Part shown: piece by piece, positions 1 through 13,559 of the stretch
Numbering within the stretch: position 1 is the first letter of the stretch
Layout of the letters: every line of letters starts with the position of its first letter
Assembly (NCBI GenBank): GCA_013239625.1
Contig: MU053454.1
Span: 1 to 64,000 of the forward strand
Direction of reading: 5' to 3'
Source: Lama guanicoe
Lineage: Eukaryota
Length of the DNA stretch: 64,000 nucleotides
Translations under genes and position numbers: made by a program
Notes under the pieces: generated by a model
Seen by the model: the letters and a program-made list of their open reading frames with translations, nothing else
Told to the model about the DNA's origin: nothing
Database searches by the model: none

Positions 1-199
1 CTGCTATTTACATATGCTTTGAATTTTCTTGCTGACTTTGTTGACTTTCAGGAAAGATGACATTGTAAATATAATGCTCTAATGATGACCCTTTGAAATT
101 TTATGAAAAATTTGGGAAAACTGCATTTTCCCTAAGCATATGAGTTTGAAACTCAGGAGAGATTGAGTAGGAAAAATAAAGTTGGCAGTTTAATAGAAT

Positions 200-640
200 C
201 AAAATCAAAACAGTTGAGTTATGAACTGGTTGAGAGATGTAAGATACGTGCCCACTGGATTTAGTAACAGCAATTTCAGGAGTGACAGTGCAAAACAGAG
301 TTTTAAAAAGTGGTAGGGACGAAAGACAGAGGAAAGGTGTTAAGAGGGAAGAAATATGGCCATAAAGGAAAATAGAGCTCATTCAGCAGCAGGAATGGCA
401 CACAGGATCAGTGGAAGGAATTTATTTTTAACTTGCTTGTTTTTGAGGGCAAGAAAAACTTGAACATGTTTAAATGCCGAAGTAGAAAGAGGAAGGTGAA
501 GCTAAAGGAAAGAAGAGGGATGTGAGATGGAAGTCCCTGAGGAAACATAAGGAGGAGGTGAGAGTCCAAGGCACAGACACAGGGATTGTCATTAGACAGG
601 AGGAAGGGTAAAATAGCTTTGACAACTTAAGACCTAAAAA
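200..640 (-). mobile_element. Ancient L2 LINE fragment
   Basis: Purine-rich degenerate sequence with L2-like motifs (ccactggatttagtaacagcaatttcaggagtg; gatggaagtccctgagg...gagtccaaggcacag). Recognised by eye; boundaries approximate. Confidence 0.5.
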
Positions 641-959
641 ACGTAATCTTAGAATAATTAAAATCAAATTTTTGGAAGTACCAAGAAAATTAATAGAAAC
701 TTTGCAGTTGTAGAAGACTGTAAAATATTTCTATCAGTTCTGAAACAATCAGATAAATGAAGTAAGTACAGAGGGAAACAGAAAAACAGAATTAATAAAT
801 GTTTCCTAAGATGATCAAATTCTCTTCTGTTACTCTTAGCCGTGTTCACATTGTTACAAAGAATTAAGAGTACTGCAAGTGTTTTGTTAAGTTAGAGATA
901 CCTGATTTCTCTAATGTTTTGGGGAAGGACAGAGGGATAACATCAACCTCCCTGGTTCA

Positions 960-1752
960 GACTCTCAATAGATGATCTCATCTATTCTCAAGGCTTTAAA
1001 GACTATGACAAAAGCCTCACACTTTTCTTTCCAACTCCAACCTCTTTTCTGAGCTTTGGACATTATATACAAAAAACACTTAGGTATTTCATAAGCATCT
1101 CATTTTAACATGGCTCCCATGAAGTGCTGATCTGTCCCCTATATCCTGTTCCTCCATCATCCTTTTTTCCTTCATTAAAACCCCTACATTGCATGTATGT
1201 ATATAAAACTGCAGCCTGGAAGACATCTTGTGACCCTTCCTTTCCTTCTTCTTCCCATGGTAACCTTCCCACATTACCAAGTCCGGATGATTCAACTTTG
1301 ATCATACATATATCAAAGTTACATGTCTCTCCATTTTGACTGCCACTTTCCTGAATAAAGCCACTACCACCTCTCAGCTGGATTACTACAGTTCCCTCCT
1401 TGTTCACTGGCTCCACTCTGCCACACTCCAATTCATTCTTCACATAGAAGACTGAAAAAGATGTTCATCTGATCATGAAAATCTCCCCATACCCTACTGA
1501 ATAAAGTCCATCAAGGCAATAGCTTCCTATTGCATTTAAAATAAAATTCAAATGATTTCACATTTCCTACAGATCTTTTCTATGGTTCCAAAGTTGTATC
1601 ACATCACTCATATCACCTACTCTGCTTACTTCTCACACTAGGCTGTAGGTTTGGGAGAGCAGCGTTTATATTTGTTTTATGCACTATTATATGCATGCAG
1701 TACCCGGCACACAGCAATAATAATAAATGCTGAATGATCAAGTAAGTGAATG
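960..1752 (+). mobile_element. L2 LINE 3' fragment(s)
   Basis: L2 motifs atctcatctattctcaaggctttaa, ctccaattcattcttcaca and gcttcctattgcatttaaaataaaattcaaa, ending in an L2-type tail aataaatgctgaatgat...gaatgg. Confidence 0.65.
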
Positions 1753-2639
1753 GTAGATTCCTCATAGGATAAAATCTCTTCCAAGTAGCTTGGAAAGGGA
1801 AGTGAGCTCCAAGGCCTGTTAACCTGTCACGAAAGGGCCCATTTAAAGGCCTTAAGCATTACGGCATTTGGTCTGCCTGTTTATTTTGCCACCTTTGCTT
1901 GTTGATGTGTTCTGGGCTGTTTTGTCCTTCACGCACTGAATATGGAGTTGGAATCAGGGAGAGAAGAGGTGAGGATAGCAACTGAGATAACATTTTTGGT
2001 TTTACTTGGTTTTATGCTCTTAGCTACAACTAATTTTTAAAAGCTTTCCACCAAATAGCCTAGCTCACTGGGTTTCTACATTGGGTTTAGGTCCACCCAT
2101 AGAGATCCACACCCTTAGAATCCCAGCAGGGAGCCAAAAACACTGGAAGATTTTAGGTGGCTTGAATGACTGCTGCATAGACACAGATTAGTTAAATGGG
2201 GGAACTTCAGCCTACACTGGTGCAAAGGCATTTAGAGGTGGCTGTGTCCCACACACTCTTATCATCTCTCTTTCAACCCACACCCAGATACGTAATAATG
2301 AAAAATACGGGGTCCTAGTTCCTTAAGCCCAGAGAAAGCACTCACTTGAGAAACACCATTTTTCATTCTGGAGATACATTTACATTCCATCCTAATAAAG
2401 GATGGGATTTCCAACCCCACCCACCATGCCAGTATGAAATCTGAACTAAATACAGCAAAACTGAAGAAAAAGAACAAAATGTTCAGTTTCTTGCTTTCTT
2501 TCCTATCTTCCAATGCTGGAGTAAGTTATTAGATCTTTTTATTCTTTGCCCACTTCAATTTGAATTTGGGTCAAGGGCAATTAAATGTTTTAGCATAAAT
2601 CACAATCTGGATCCAGCCAATTTCAGAATCTTTTTTTAA

Positions 2640-3375
2640 GAAGGAAATTCTATTAACATTATATTTTGTGCATTTCCCATGTCATTACATATTCCTTGAG
2701 GCATGATTTTTAATGACTTCATAATATTCCCTTACTTGACAGTATAATGATTTATTTAACACCCTCCATGTTGTCGGTTATTTCAAGTTGCTTCCAATTT
2801 CATATTGTTATAAATAATTCTATCATGAATATGACTGTACATAAGTCTTTGTCTATATCTGTTTATTTCCTTGAGACATATTTCTAAAAGCAGATTTATT
2901 GTGTCAATGGCCCTTAATACATATTAACAAATGGTTTCTCAAAAAATTGGCATCCATTTAAATCCCAACCATGTATCTCAAGAAATTACAATTCATATAA
3001 TTGCTTATATGACAGTCCATTTTTATCATATCCTTATTATTTATCTTTATACATTTGGAAATTATGTTTATGCCCTGAAGCCTTTCTATTTGTATACTGT
3101 AACTTTTTTATATTAGTATATTGTAACTTTTACTAGGTCTTAATCATTTTGGTGTTTTTTTTCTAGATTGTTGGTAGCTTTATGTTTATAATGATTACTT
3201 ATACACAGAATTTTTTTTTAATTTAGTGAAATGTATTAATCTTTTTACTTGTGATTTCCTTTATTTGTTATAACTACATTGAGACTTATTATAAAATGAA
3301 CCAGTACATTTGAATGTTTTGCAATTTTATATTTTTACATTTAATCTATCTGAAATTTCCTTTTGGTTTGTGTGT
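2640..3375 (-). mobile_element. Very old L1 (L1ME-like) fragments
   Basis: Degenerate antisense L1 3' motifs: ttttaatgacttcataatattcc, ttgcttccaattt...ttataaataa, cataagtctttgtc, tttttacatttaatctatctgaaattt. Confidence 0.55.
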
Positions 3376-3386
3376 AACAGGAGGAC

Positions 3387-3820
3387 TGTAGTAGTTAAGG
3401 TTCTCCAGAGATATATAGAACCAACAGAATGCACAGAGAGAGAGATAGAGAAAGAGAGAGAGAGAGAGAAAGAGAAAGAGTGAGACAGAGATAGAATTTA
3501 TTTCAAAGCCTGGCTCACACAGTTGTGGGGGTTGGCAAGTCTGAAATTTATAGGGTTAAATTCTGGATACTTATTCAGGTAAGTGTTGCTATAGTCTGGA
3601 GGCAGAATTACTTCTTCAGGAATCAATGTGTTTTATTCTTAAAGCCTTCAAGTGACTGGAGAAGGCTCATCCACATTATAGAGGGTAATCTGTTTACTCA
3701 AAGTCAATTGATTATAAATGTTAATCACATCCATAAATGCTTTCACAACGACTTCTAGACTAGTGTTTGGCCAAATAATTGGTCACCAAAGTCTAGTTGA
3801 CATGTTAAGTTGATCGTTAG
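3387..3820 (-). mobile_element. MLT2-family (ERVL) solo LTR with internal (GA)n tract at 3434-3492
   Basis: Starts tgtagtagttaaggttctccagaga...gaaccaacaga. Contains ggcaagtctgaaat, gccttcaagtgactggagaaggctcatccacattatagagggtaatctgtttactcaaagtc and ctagactagtgtttg, which match the MLT2C/D consensus as I recall it. Confidence 0.8.
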
Positions 3821-3981
3821 AAAGATATAAACTTACGCAGTATCTATATTGAGATAATTTCCCATTTTACAGTCATCTCAAGCAATTATATAAATTTTAT
3901 CAGTCATCGATTAGGTTCCTGTGTGTTCTAGTATTTATTTGATATTTTTTCTCTTCCATTTACATGTTGATTTATAACATT

Positions 3982-5243
3982 AATTTTTTTTAACATTTTT
4001 TATTGATTTATAATCATTATACAATGTTGTGTCAAATTCCAGTGTTCAGCACAAATTTTCAGTCATTCATGGACATATACACACTCATTGTCACATTTTT
4101 TTCTCTGTGAGTTATCATAACATTTTGTGTATATTTCCCTGTGCTATACAGTGTAATCTTGTTTATCTATTCTACAATTTTGAAATCCCAGTCTATCCCT
4201 TCCCACCCTCCACCCCCCTGGCAATCACAAGTCTGTATTCTCTGTCCATGAGTCTATTTCTGTCCTGTATTTATGCTTTGTTTTTGTTTGTTTGTTTTTT
4301 TGTTTTTTAGATTCCACATATGAGCGATCTCATATGGTATTTTTCTTTCTCTTTCTGGCTTACTTCACTTAGAATGACATTCTCTAGGAGCATCCATGTT
4401 GCTGCAAATGACATTATGTTGTCAGTTTTTATGGCTGAGTAGTATTCCAGTGTATAAATATACCACCTCTTCTTTATCCAGTCACCTGTGGATGGACATT
4501 TAGGCTGTTTCCATGTTTTGGCTATTGTAAAAATAGTGCTGCTATGAACATTGGGATGCAGGTGTCATCCTGAAGTAGGGTTCCTTCTGGATACAAGCCC
4601 AGGAGTGGGATTCCTGGGTCATATGGTAAGTCTATTCCTAGTCTTTTGAGGAATCTCCACACTGTTTTCCATAGTGGCTGCACCAAACTGCATTCCCACC
4701 AGCAGTGTAGGAGGGTTCCCCTTTCTCCACAGCCTCTCCAGCATTTTTCATTTGTGGATTTTTGAATGACGGCCTTTCTGACTGGTGTGAGGTGATACCT
4801 CATTGTAGTTTTGATTTGCATTTTTCTAATAATTAGTGATATTGAGCATTTTTTCATGTGCCTTTTGATCATTTGTGTGTCTTCCTTGGAGAATTGCTTG
4901 TTTAGTCCTTCTGCCCATTTTTGGATTGGGTTGTCTATTTTTTTCTTATTGAGTCGTATGAGCTGCTTATATATTCTGGAGATCAAGCCTTTGTCGGTTT
5001 CATTTGCAAAAATTTTCTCCCATTCCGTAGGTTGTCTTCTTGTTTTACTTATGGTTTCCTTTGCTGTGCAGAAGCTTGTCAGTTTCATTAGGTCCCATTT
5101 GTTTATTCTTGCTTTTATTTCTTCTAGGATAAAATTTTTGAAATGTATGTCAGATAATGTTTTGCCTTGTCTTCCTCTAGGAGGTTTATTGTATCTTGTC
5201 TTATGTTTAAGTCTTTGATCCATTTTGAGTAGATTTCTGTATA
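3982..5243 (-). mobile_element. Young 5'-truncated LINE-1 (ORF2 C-terminus, 3' UTR, polyA) with 13-bp TSD
   Basis: ORF 4522-5310 gives ORF2p C-terminal sequence ([16 protein letters not shown]...[18 protein letters not shown], the CCHC knuckle). T-rich tail from 3982. TSD gatttataacatt at 3969-3981 and 5244-5256. Confidence 0.95.
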
Positions 5244-5334
5244 GATTTATAACATTTATAACATGTACAGTTATTATTCCTTTCATCTTTATAACAGATG
5301 AGTATCTCACCTCCTTATATTAATAAAAACAGAA

Positions 5335-5645
5335 GTGCCCTCACCTACCTTCAGTGGCTTCCCATTTTACTTGAAATAAAATCCAAAGTCCTTGCCATGA
5401 ACCATAATGCTCTACAAGGTTGTGCCCACAACTGCCTTTCTGACTTTAATACTTTATTCGCTGTGGTCCAGCCACAATGTTCCCCGTGCCACACACATTT
5501 CCACTTCACATTCTTTCACTTACTCTTGCTCTTCTCTAGAAAGCCACATGATTCTAGCCCTAATTTCTTTCAGGTCACTGCTCAAATGTCACTTCACCAC
5601 ACGTGCTTTTCCATTCCACCAAACCTGTAAGAACTCTATCTGCTG
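5335..5645 (+). mobile_element. L2 fragment
   Basis: ccttcagtggcttcccattttacttgaaataaaatccaaagtccttgccatg and ttcaggtcactgctcaaatgtcactt are typical L2 3' motifs. Confidence 0.75.
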
Positions 5646-5648
5646 CCC

Positions 5649-6326
5649 TGTGTCAGTTAACTGTTGGCGCTCAGCCTGGCTCTCAGGCTTCCACATCTGT
5701 CCCTGTCCCTCTGTGTGGCGAAAGCTGGGTATCTCCAAACTGTGTTTCTCAGTCCGCAGCCAGCTGGTTTCTCAGTTGTTTCTTCCACTGGGAGACCCAT
5801 TAGAAGGTGGGAAGGCAGAAACACTGTGCTTTTGACAATGCTTCCAGTGACAGCAGCAGCCTCAGCGATGCCAGTGGCCACCGCTCGTTAGCAGCAGACA
5901 GATTCTGACAGCCCAGAGCACTGTGACTTCCACAGGGTTGGTGGCAGACACTCTAGAGCATTCGCAGCAGGGTTGGAACTCCAGCAATTACTAGAGTGGT
6001 TTACTGGTGCCACCTTCCAGCACCTTCCTTAGTGAGTCTGGGCCTGTTGCTTCCAACCCAGGGACAACAGGAGCTTTCTCTTCTCATTTTGTTTACTCAG
6101 GCCAACACAACAGTAATTTCTTCATCTGTGTTAAATATATAACCTTCCCCTTTTGCACTACATCCCAGGTCTGACAGGAGCTTCCTAATCTCAAGGTAAG
6201 ATTTTCTTCTTCTCTGTGGATCCTCCAGCTTTTTCAAAAATGTTATATAAATTCCCCATATTAACTCCCTCTCTATTTGAAATATGAGTGATTTCTATTT
6301 TCCCTACTGGACACTGACCTGATACA
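5649..6326 (+). mobile_element. ERVL solo LTR (LTR33/LTR41-like)
   Basis: TG...CA termini: begins tgtgtcagtt and ends ...gtgatttctattttccctactggacactgacctgataca. Locally raised GC. Confidence 0.65.
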
Positions 6327-6349
6327 TCCCCATGTTTCCTGCTCAAAGA

Positions 6350-7230
6350 TGACTAACCACCTTCACATGTACTCCTAGTAACAGAAACCCCTGGGTGTGT
6401 ACTAGACACACAACCACCTATGTATGAAATAGATTTCACAGACCCTCTTGTAGCTAGTTATGCTCAGGTGGCTCTACTCAGGACAAATTAGCTATAAGTG
6501 ACAGTGGCATGTACACCTTATGATTTATTTCCTTAATGGGAATTCTATCTTCCTTGCTTCCCAATGGCTGAGAAATAAAAGTGAGTAGCATGATCTAGGA
6601 GATGACAGAACTTCCCCATGAGCCCCGAATCTCCCAACTCTGTAGTATTTTGTATGAGAAAAACAAAACTTTACCTGACTTAAGCCACTTATTTTGGGGG
6701 TTCTTATAAGTAAATAATATAGAAAATGATATTAGCAGTCAGATGATCCTGAAAGAATATCCTATAGTAAATGGCATTGTATTAGCAGATAGGTTGTGCT
6801 AAGATATCATGGTTTGGGAAGTTGGTGATTCCTATTGTGGCATGACCAAATATTTGGTAAACAGTCCCTTGCAATTACTTGTTAAAAAGACAAAGCACCT
6901 AAGACTCCTGGAGCTCTAATGAAGGCTCTTTTAAAAAAGAAATATTGCTGTTTAAGTAAACAGACAAAACTAGAAGACATGTACGCTTTCCAGGGCTTAT
7001 ATTGGCAAAGAAATCAGCAACTTGGTTTTTTTAGTATCTGTGTATTTTTCTGTTTATGTCATGAAGCAACTTTCAGAGCCTCAAATATGCCCCAGCAGGA
7101 AATGCTTTTTAAGGGGTACTTTATCTAAAGCACAGGAATATTTATGTCATCCACTGCATGTATGGTTAACATCAACAGAGTTACTGCCAGAAAGAAAAAC
7201 TAAGAGTGACTAAACAGACTAACCTAATAA
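6350..7230 (+). mobile_element. Old MaLR (MLT1-type) LTR, probably followed by internal sequence
   Basis: ccctcttgtagctagttatg and tgagaaaaacaaaactttacctgacttaagccacttattttggggg (MLT1 3' end), then degenerate sequence resembling MLT1-int. Confidence 0.5.
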
Positions 7231-7946
7231 GACTGCTCTGTCAGAACAGGGGTTTTCATAACTTCCACCCATCTGTATGATGCAACTGTTATGAACCCTT
7301 GCAACTGTGTGTTTTTACATATTTCTTTTTCCAAAAGGGTTTTCTCTTCAGGTTATTATTTTTATTCAGTGATTATATACAGGATGTTTTTATCGTACCA
7401 GCATTTTTCTATTAGGCCTTAACCTGGGTCATGGACACATAAATGTTTGTCTTATTTTATATATATATATATACATATATATATATACGCTCTATATAAA
7501 ACATTTGAAACATTTATGTATATATGAGACTTTTAAAGTATATAGAAAAAGAAGTAATTGATAGGTCTTTCATTAATTGTAGAGATTTTAAAACAGTCAA
7601 CCCTAAGGGCAACTTTCTCTTTCCTAATAGGTACATTTTTGAGAAAAAATTCAGCTTAGATAAATACGGTGCTCAAAAAAAGTCAGGCTTTTTTTTTTTT
7701 TTTAAGTGTATTCTTCTCAGGCTCTTCATACGCAGGTGCAAAAGTGAAAGCATCTAAATGACATATTTTAAAAAGTGAGTTGAGATACAGTTAAAATATG
7801 GAGCCAGAGATTATTATGAGAATAAAAGTTAACAAGGAATGCAGTGAAGAAGACATGATTTACCTACAGAATATGGAACAAAACAGTTAAATCTAAGTAC
7901 CACATGCAGCTACCAGCTGAACTAGCAGTTAGAGACCCCCTCACCA

Positions 7947-8440
7947 CCACACACGCACACATACACACACACGGGTGCACGTGCGCACGCACTCATACGT
8001 AACAATGCTTCAGCAATCCTCTATCCAAACTGGGGATTTTTAATGAATTTTGCCACACTGTTTTCCACTAATCTGTGATTCCTCTCTGTTTTCTTCTTTC
8101 TCCATCTACTTCAGATCTTCCTCCTCCAATTCCCCCTGAGTATTGTAGGGAGTCTTGAGCAACCAGGCTGCAGGGTGGAGTATGTATTTCTTTTTTCCAT
8201 GTTGAAGAGGAGAGGAGAGGTGAGGGGAAGGGAGAGGAGGAGAGGAGAGGAGAGCAGAGAAGAGAGATTTCTCAGAAAGACAGTATCCAGCCTCATCACC
8301 ATGCTGGCCACAGGGATCACAGGAAGGAAGGGAGCTTCTCTATATTCACTTGTTCTTTCACATATTTGCTTCTTACAGCGAAAGCCCCATTCACTAGTAC
8401 CTCCTTGCGGTAGACTTGAAGGCAGGCTTCCATAGCATTT
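7947..8440 (-). promoter_or_regulatory. Candidate alternative promoter / non-coding first exon
   Basis: No recognisable interspersed repeat, raised GC. GA-rich tract 8203-8267 (CT-rich on minus). CpG cluster with CACGTG at 7978-7983 inside an alternating purine-pyrimidine run. Possible weak minus-strand donor TAC|GTATGA after 7999. Function is inferred. Confidence 0.35.
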
Positions 8441-8639
8441 AAAAATATGATGTAGAAAAGAATTAACATATTAAATTTGAGATGATTAGAGTTTTCAAGT
8501 AAGGCAACAATTTGATGGTTAATTTTGCAGAGTTACTGGGTAGAAAGGTAGATTTAGTTTTTAATAAATAATAAACTATATAGGTACACATTTTTAGACT
8601 GAAAAGTTATAAAATTAAGAAAATTATTGCCATAAAATA

Positions 8640-8975
8640 TAGGAAAGGAGAATGGAATGGGAAAGATTACTTAGAGAGAATATGTAAGACACCAGGAGAC
8701 TAAGAATTGAGCCTTGTGAAACACCAGCATTAAAAGGAAAGTCAGAAAATGACCCAATAGTGGGAATGGAGAATCCTATAAGCACAAGGAAAACTAGAAA
8801 GATGCAGTAGCAAGAAAAACAGATCAATTTTTAAAAGCTGAGAGTGACCAGAAGTATCAAAATAGAGCACAAAATACTCAGACAGTAGGGACTAAAAAGC
8901 CTACTTGAGTTTGGCAGCTAAATGAACCACTGGCACCCAATAGAAGTAGTTACACTGAAATTATCGGAAGAAGCT
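8640..8975 (-). mobile_element. L2 fragment
   Basis: ctaagaattgagccttgtgaaacaccagcattaaaagg and agggactaaaaagcctacttgagtttggcagcta are antisense L2 motifs. Confidence 0.6.
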
Positions 8976-9759
8976 GTGTTTCTAATTTTTTAGGAAAATT
9001 TCATTGAGGTCACCATATAAACATGTATCTAACAGCTTAAAATCATTTCAAAGTGGTAAAATCAATTAGAAAGATTAGTTACTAAAGAAGTATTGAGAAA
9101 GTGAAGAATACAAATACTATCTATCTCTTAATTAAGCTGGAAAAACACTTATTAATGAATCCATATTTTGAACCAAGAAAACATAAAACTAGCATCTTCA
9201 GTCATTTGCAGAGGCAGCACAACACTTGCAGAAATGCAAGATGACAGATGGATGTTATATCTAGACACTTACTGGGTTGTTTTTGTTTTGTTTTATATTG
9301 TTGTTCTACTCAGGGAAGGTAGAATAAATATAGAACATTTTTACATCTAAAAGTAGCATACTAGTTCCACTAAATCTCATTTCCATGAAGACCCACATTA
9401 ACTAAATACTGCTACTGTTTTCTTCTCATCTGAGTAACTGCTGATTTTTTATATTAATGATAATCTTATTTGGATAGGTAGTATAATTTCACTGAACCTT
9501 ATTTTATACAAACACTTTTCAAAAATTAGATACTGAAAATGCACTGACTAAAAATAATTACTCCACAGAACAGTGATTTACCCACAAGTGTCACAATTAC
9601 TTTAAGCCTGGAATTGAGCATTTAACTCTCCTGTTCACCAGATCATTTTCACTGAAGAAAAGTTAGACTAGTCACTGTAGTATCAGAGGAAAAAGTATAT
9701 TATAGATAGAATTGCCCAAATATGTCAACTCCTGAAGTTATATAAAATAATATTATCTT

Positions 9760-10305
9760 CTAGCAAATTTCCCACTCCTGAGTATACCCCAAAAAACAAA
9801 GATACCAATACAAAAGATACGTGTATCCCAATGTTCACAGCAGCATTATTTACAGTTGCAAAGATACGAAAGCAACCTAAGTGTTCATTAATAGATGAAT
9901 GGATAAAGAAGATGTGGTATATATACAAAATGGAATAATACTCAGCCATAAAAAGGACAAAACACTGCCATCTGCAGCAACATGAATGGACTTGGAGGGC
10001 TAATTGAAATAAGTCAGATACAGAAAGACAAATACTATATAATATTACTTAGATGTGGAATCTAAAAATACAACAAACAGCGAATATAAAAAAAGAAGCA
10101 GATTCACAGGTACAGAGAACAAACTAGTGGTTATCAAGGGTGAGGGTGTAGGGGCAATTTAGGAGTGGTAGGGTAGGAGGCACAAACTACTGGATGTAAG
10201 ATAGGCTCAAGGATATATTGTACAACATGGGGAATATAGCCAATATTCTGTAATAATTGTAAATGGAAATAACCTTTTCAAATTGTATACAAATTTTTAA
10301 AAAAT
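9760..10305 (+). mobile_element. L1 3' end (ORF2 terminus and 3' UTR), intermediate age
   Basis: cccactcctgagtataccc...gcagcattatttacagttgc...gaatggataaagaagatgtggtatatatac...ggatatattgtacaacatggggaatatagccaatatt, then an A-rich end. Confidence 0.9.
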
Positions 10306-11466
10306 GGATTCAAGACCTAAATTTAACAACAAAAACTATAAAATGCTTAGAAAAACAAAGGAGTAAGTCTTGGTGACCTTGAAGTATTCTTTTAGTTTCT
10401 AAGACAGGACACCAAAAGCACAAGGCAGAAAGGAAAATTATAAATCAGATAATTTAAAAGTTAAAAACTTCTACATTGCAAATGATACTACTATGACAGT
10501 GAAAGGATAATCCACAAAATGCGATAAATGTATTTGCAAATTATATATCTAGTAAGAGACATATTCAGCATATGTAAAGAACTCTTATATTTCAAAGATA
10601 AAAATTACATATTTTTTAAATGGTGAAGTATCTGAACAAAAATTTCTCTACAATAGAGATGTACATGACCAATAAGCACCTGAAAGATGTTCAACATTCT
10701 TAATAATAGTGAAATGCAATCAAAGTCACAATAAAATATCACTCATACCCACTGAGAAGACTGTAATCAAATAGGCAGACAATAACAAGTGTTGACAAAA
10801 TAATATAGAGAAATTAGAACCCTCATGTATTGCTGGTAAACGATGAATCAACTTTAGAAAAAAGTTTGGCAGTTCTTCAAAATATTAAATACAGATTTAC
10901 CATGTGACCAACAAACTCTACTCCTAGGTATACACGCAAGAGAAAATTTTTTTAAATGTACACAAATGTTTTGCACAATGTTGTACACAAATGTTCAAAG
11001 CAGCATTATTCCTAACATCCAAAAAGTAGAAACAATACAAATATCTACCAACTGATCAACGGATAAGAAAAAGATGGTATGTATGCTAAATCACTTATTT
11101 ATATTTGGCAATAAAAAGAAATGAAATTCTGACACATGGTACAACATAGGTTAAACTTCAGAACACTACACTAAGTGAAAGACGCCAATCACATCCTCCA
11201 ATAAATATACTGTATTATTCCACTTATATAAAATGTCCAGAATAGGACCATCTATAGGGATAGTATGTAGGTCAGTGGTTGATGCTGGGGGAAACGAAGA
11301 ACAACTGCTTATTGATACAGAGTTTCTTTTAGAGGGAAGGAGATGTTCTAAATTACATTACACTCTAAATTACGTTAGGTCTGTTAATACACTAAAAATT
11401 AAAATTTACACTTTAAATGGATGAACTGTCTGGTATGTGAGTCATATCTCACTAAAGGTGTTTAAA
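10306..11466 (+). mobile_element. Older L1 (L1MB/L1MC-like) ORF2 3' part and 3' UTR
   Basis: aaatggattcaagacctaaat, gacaccaaaagcaca, tttggcagttcttcaaaatattaaa, ctactcctaggtata, and terminal cactttaaatggatgaactgtctggtatgtgagt. Confidence 0.85.
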
Positions 11467-13559
11467 GAAGGTAAAAGAACTTGGGGTGAGCTGTAGTGAG
11501 ATATTCAGACAAGAGAGGACAAGGGACCCTGAAACTCATTTCTCTAAGTGAAAACTATTCATTAAATACCTATAAATTCTATGTAGTTTTATGCAAATCA
11601 TTATAAGCTCCCCCAAAATAAATCTTCTGCACTCCAAAATTTTTCTTTACCAAATATAATTCTGGTGCCCAGTTATTTAGAAGGACTTAATATAATCTCA
11701 AAACATACACAAAAGATATTATTTACATGTCTACTTATCTGCCCTTACATATTTACTTTTTGACTTTGAAATAAAATATACCTATTTCCTTAAGAAAATT
11801 GTTACCTAATATTCATTAAAATACAACCCATCATGTCATATAAATTTGTTTTTTATTAAAAAATGAAAAGAAAACATAACATCTCATCTCCAATAATCTA
11901 AGGTTTTACTATACCCACTTTTAAAAAATCCTTTAGGCAGTGTGTTTTTCTTTTAAATCTACAAATAAAGGAAATAGCACACATTACACAAATAACTGTG
12001 TCACTCATTATTTAGAAAGTAGACTTTTTTACTAGATTACCCTGTAATTCCCTACAGATTTTTCTCAATAAAATGTCTTCATTTTCTTACTCTGATTCTA
12101 ACATTAACTTAATCAATTTTCGTTGCGCTTCTCTTTCCCCTGCAAGCTTTATATATGATATGCTATTACTGTATTTTTATTAGTATTAGATTTCCCTCTT
12201 TTTCTCTTCCCAAGTTTTGATTTCTCCTCTGTTTTATTATTATTCAGCAAGCCTTCATCAGTCTTTCAAATGCAAGGTATTCTGCCCATTGCTATTTTCG
12301 AGGAAATTACAATCTAGAAAGTTTTACGTATAGCACCTTTCCACTGATTTTAGAATTATTTGAAAGTTAGACAATTTGAAATCTTCTACTATTTCATCAA
12401 AGTCAACAAATGTATTAAACCTATCCATATCCTGGAATCAAATGTACTTACTTATTTGCTGGCAGTGTGTACTCATATTTTTATTCGTTTTCTGTTTTAT
12501 ACTATTTTTGTTTGTTTGCTCAACTTGTGTGGGAGAATTGAAAACACGGCATTGCATGAATAGGTGGGAGAAGTAGGAAGTGAGGGTAAACTATGAATGC
12601 AGTTCAAGATAGGAACCAACCCAAGTCAAAAATAAAGTATTTCCAGAATTCTCCTTAATTATGCAATCTCTGAGATAGAATATGCTTCACTTTTCTGTTC
12701 CAAAATGACTCCCACTTATGAAACTAATTATATATTTATTAACACTTTTTTTTTGTTTTGAACATAAATTAGGCTAACACATAATTATAAAACTTCATGC
12801 CTGAGCTACCTACACACACGCACACATACACACAATTTTGGTCCCTCCACGGTTTACCTTCACAAAGTTAAAAATCAACTGAAAAACAAGACAGGCTGCC
12901 TCCTCCTCTGATATACTACCAATAAATCATGAGACTGTTGTTTTAATAATTCTGCTTAGTCAGTATCTCTTGACAGACTGAGATGAAAGTATGAAAGGGA
13001 AATATACTATATTGATTTGAACTTAAAAATGCTGCAACTCAACCATAAATACCACATCATTTCTATAAAAATGAGTAACAAGATGTATGTTTTTATATAT
13101 AATCTAACAAGTGAAAGGTCACAGCCCCTATAAGAATAATGCTTATTATTGAAAAGACAGTTTGCAATTTAGATATTATATTAGGCTTTTTACTATTGTT
13201 TTATTTAACCCCAGTTCTCTATAGCAAAGTAGCAAGTAGACAGCCTCCAAAAACCCACTTTTTGTTCTCATATTCCCTTTATCTTAACCTAAGGTACTTT
13301 TGCCACTATTCTTTCCATTATTAATTTTTTTGAACAGTGGCATTTTAAGTGCTCTGATATACAGTGCAAAAGGAACTGCTTGAATTAAAATACCTGAAAG
13401 TTCACATGTAGGGTAAATTTTAAAAGAAGAAAACTACTCCATTATCAGAAGGTTATTTCCACATATTTCCACATGCCTATAAATATATAGCTCTCTGTTG
13501 CCATTAGAATAAAAATGCACTTAAAATGGCCCTCTAAATTGTACTTGTATCCATAAGAA

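Noticed and set aside
4522..5310. 262-aa ORF as a gene
   Set aside because: It is the ORF2p C-terminus of a 5'-truncated L1; its start codon comes from flanking DNA beyond the TSD.
8079..8158. Plus-strand acceptor (…cttcag, 8114) giving a terminal peptide LPPPIPPEYCRES*
   Set aside because: No upstream plus-strand coding exon or recognisable protein; the pyrimidine tract is equally explained as the complement of purine-rich minus-strand sequence.
12000..12600. Minus-strand peptide FNTFVDFDEIVEDFK resembling a transposase or RT motif
   Set aside because: Too short and interrupted by stops to assign by eye; needs a translated HMM search.
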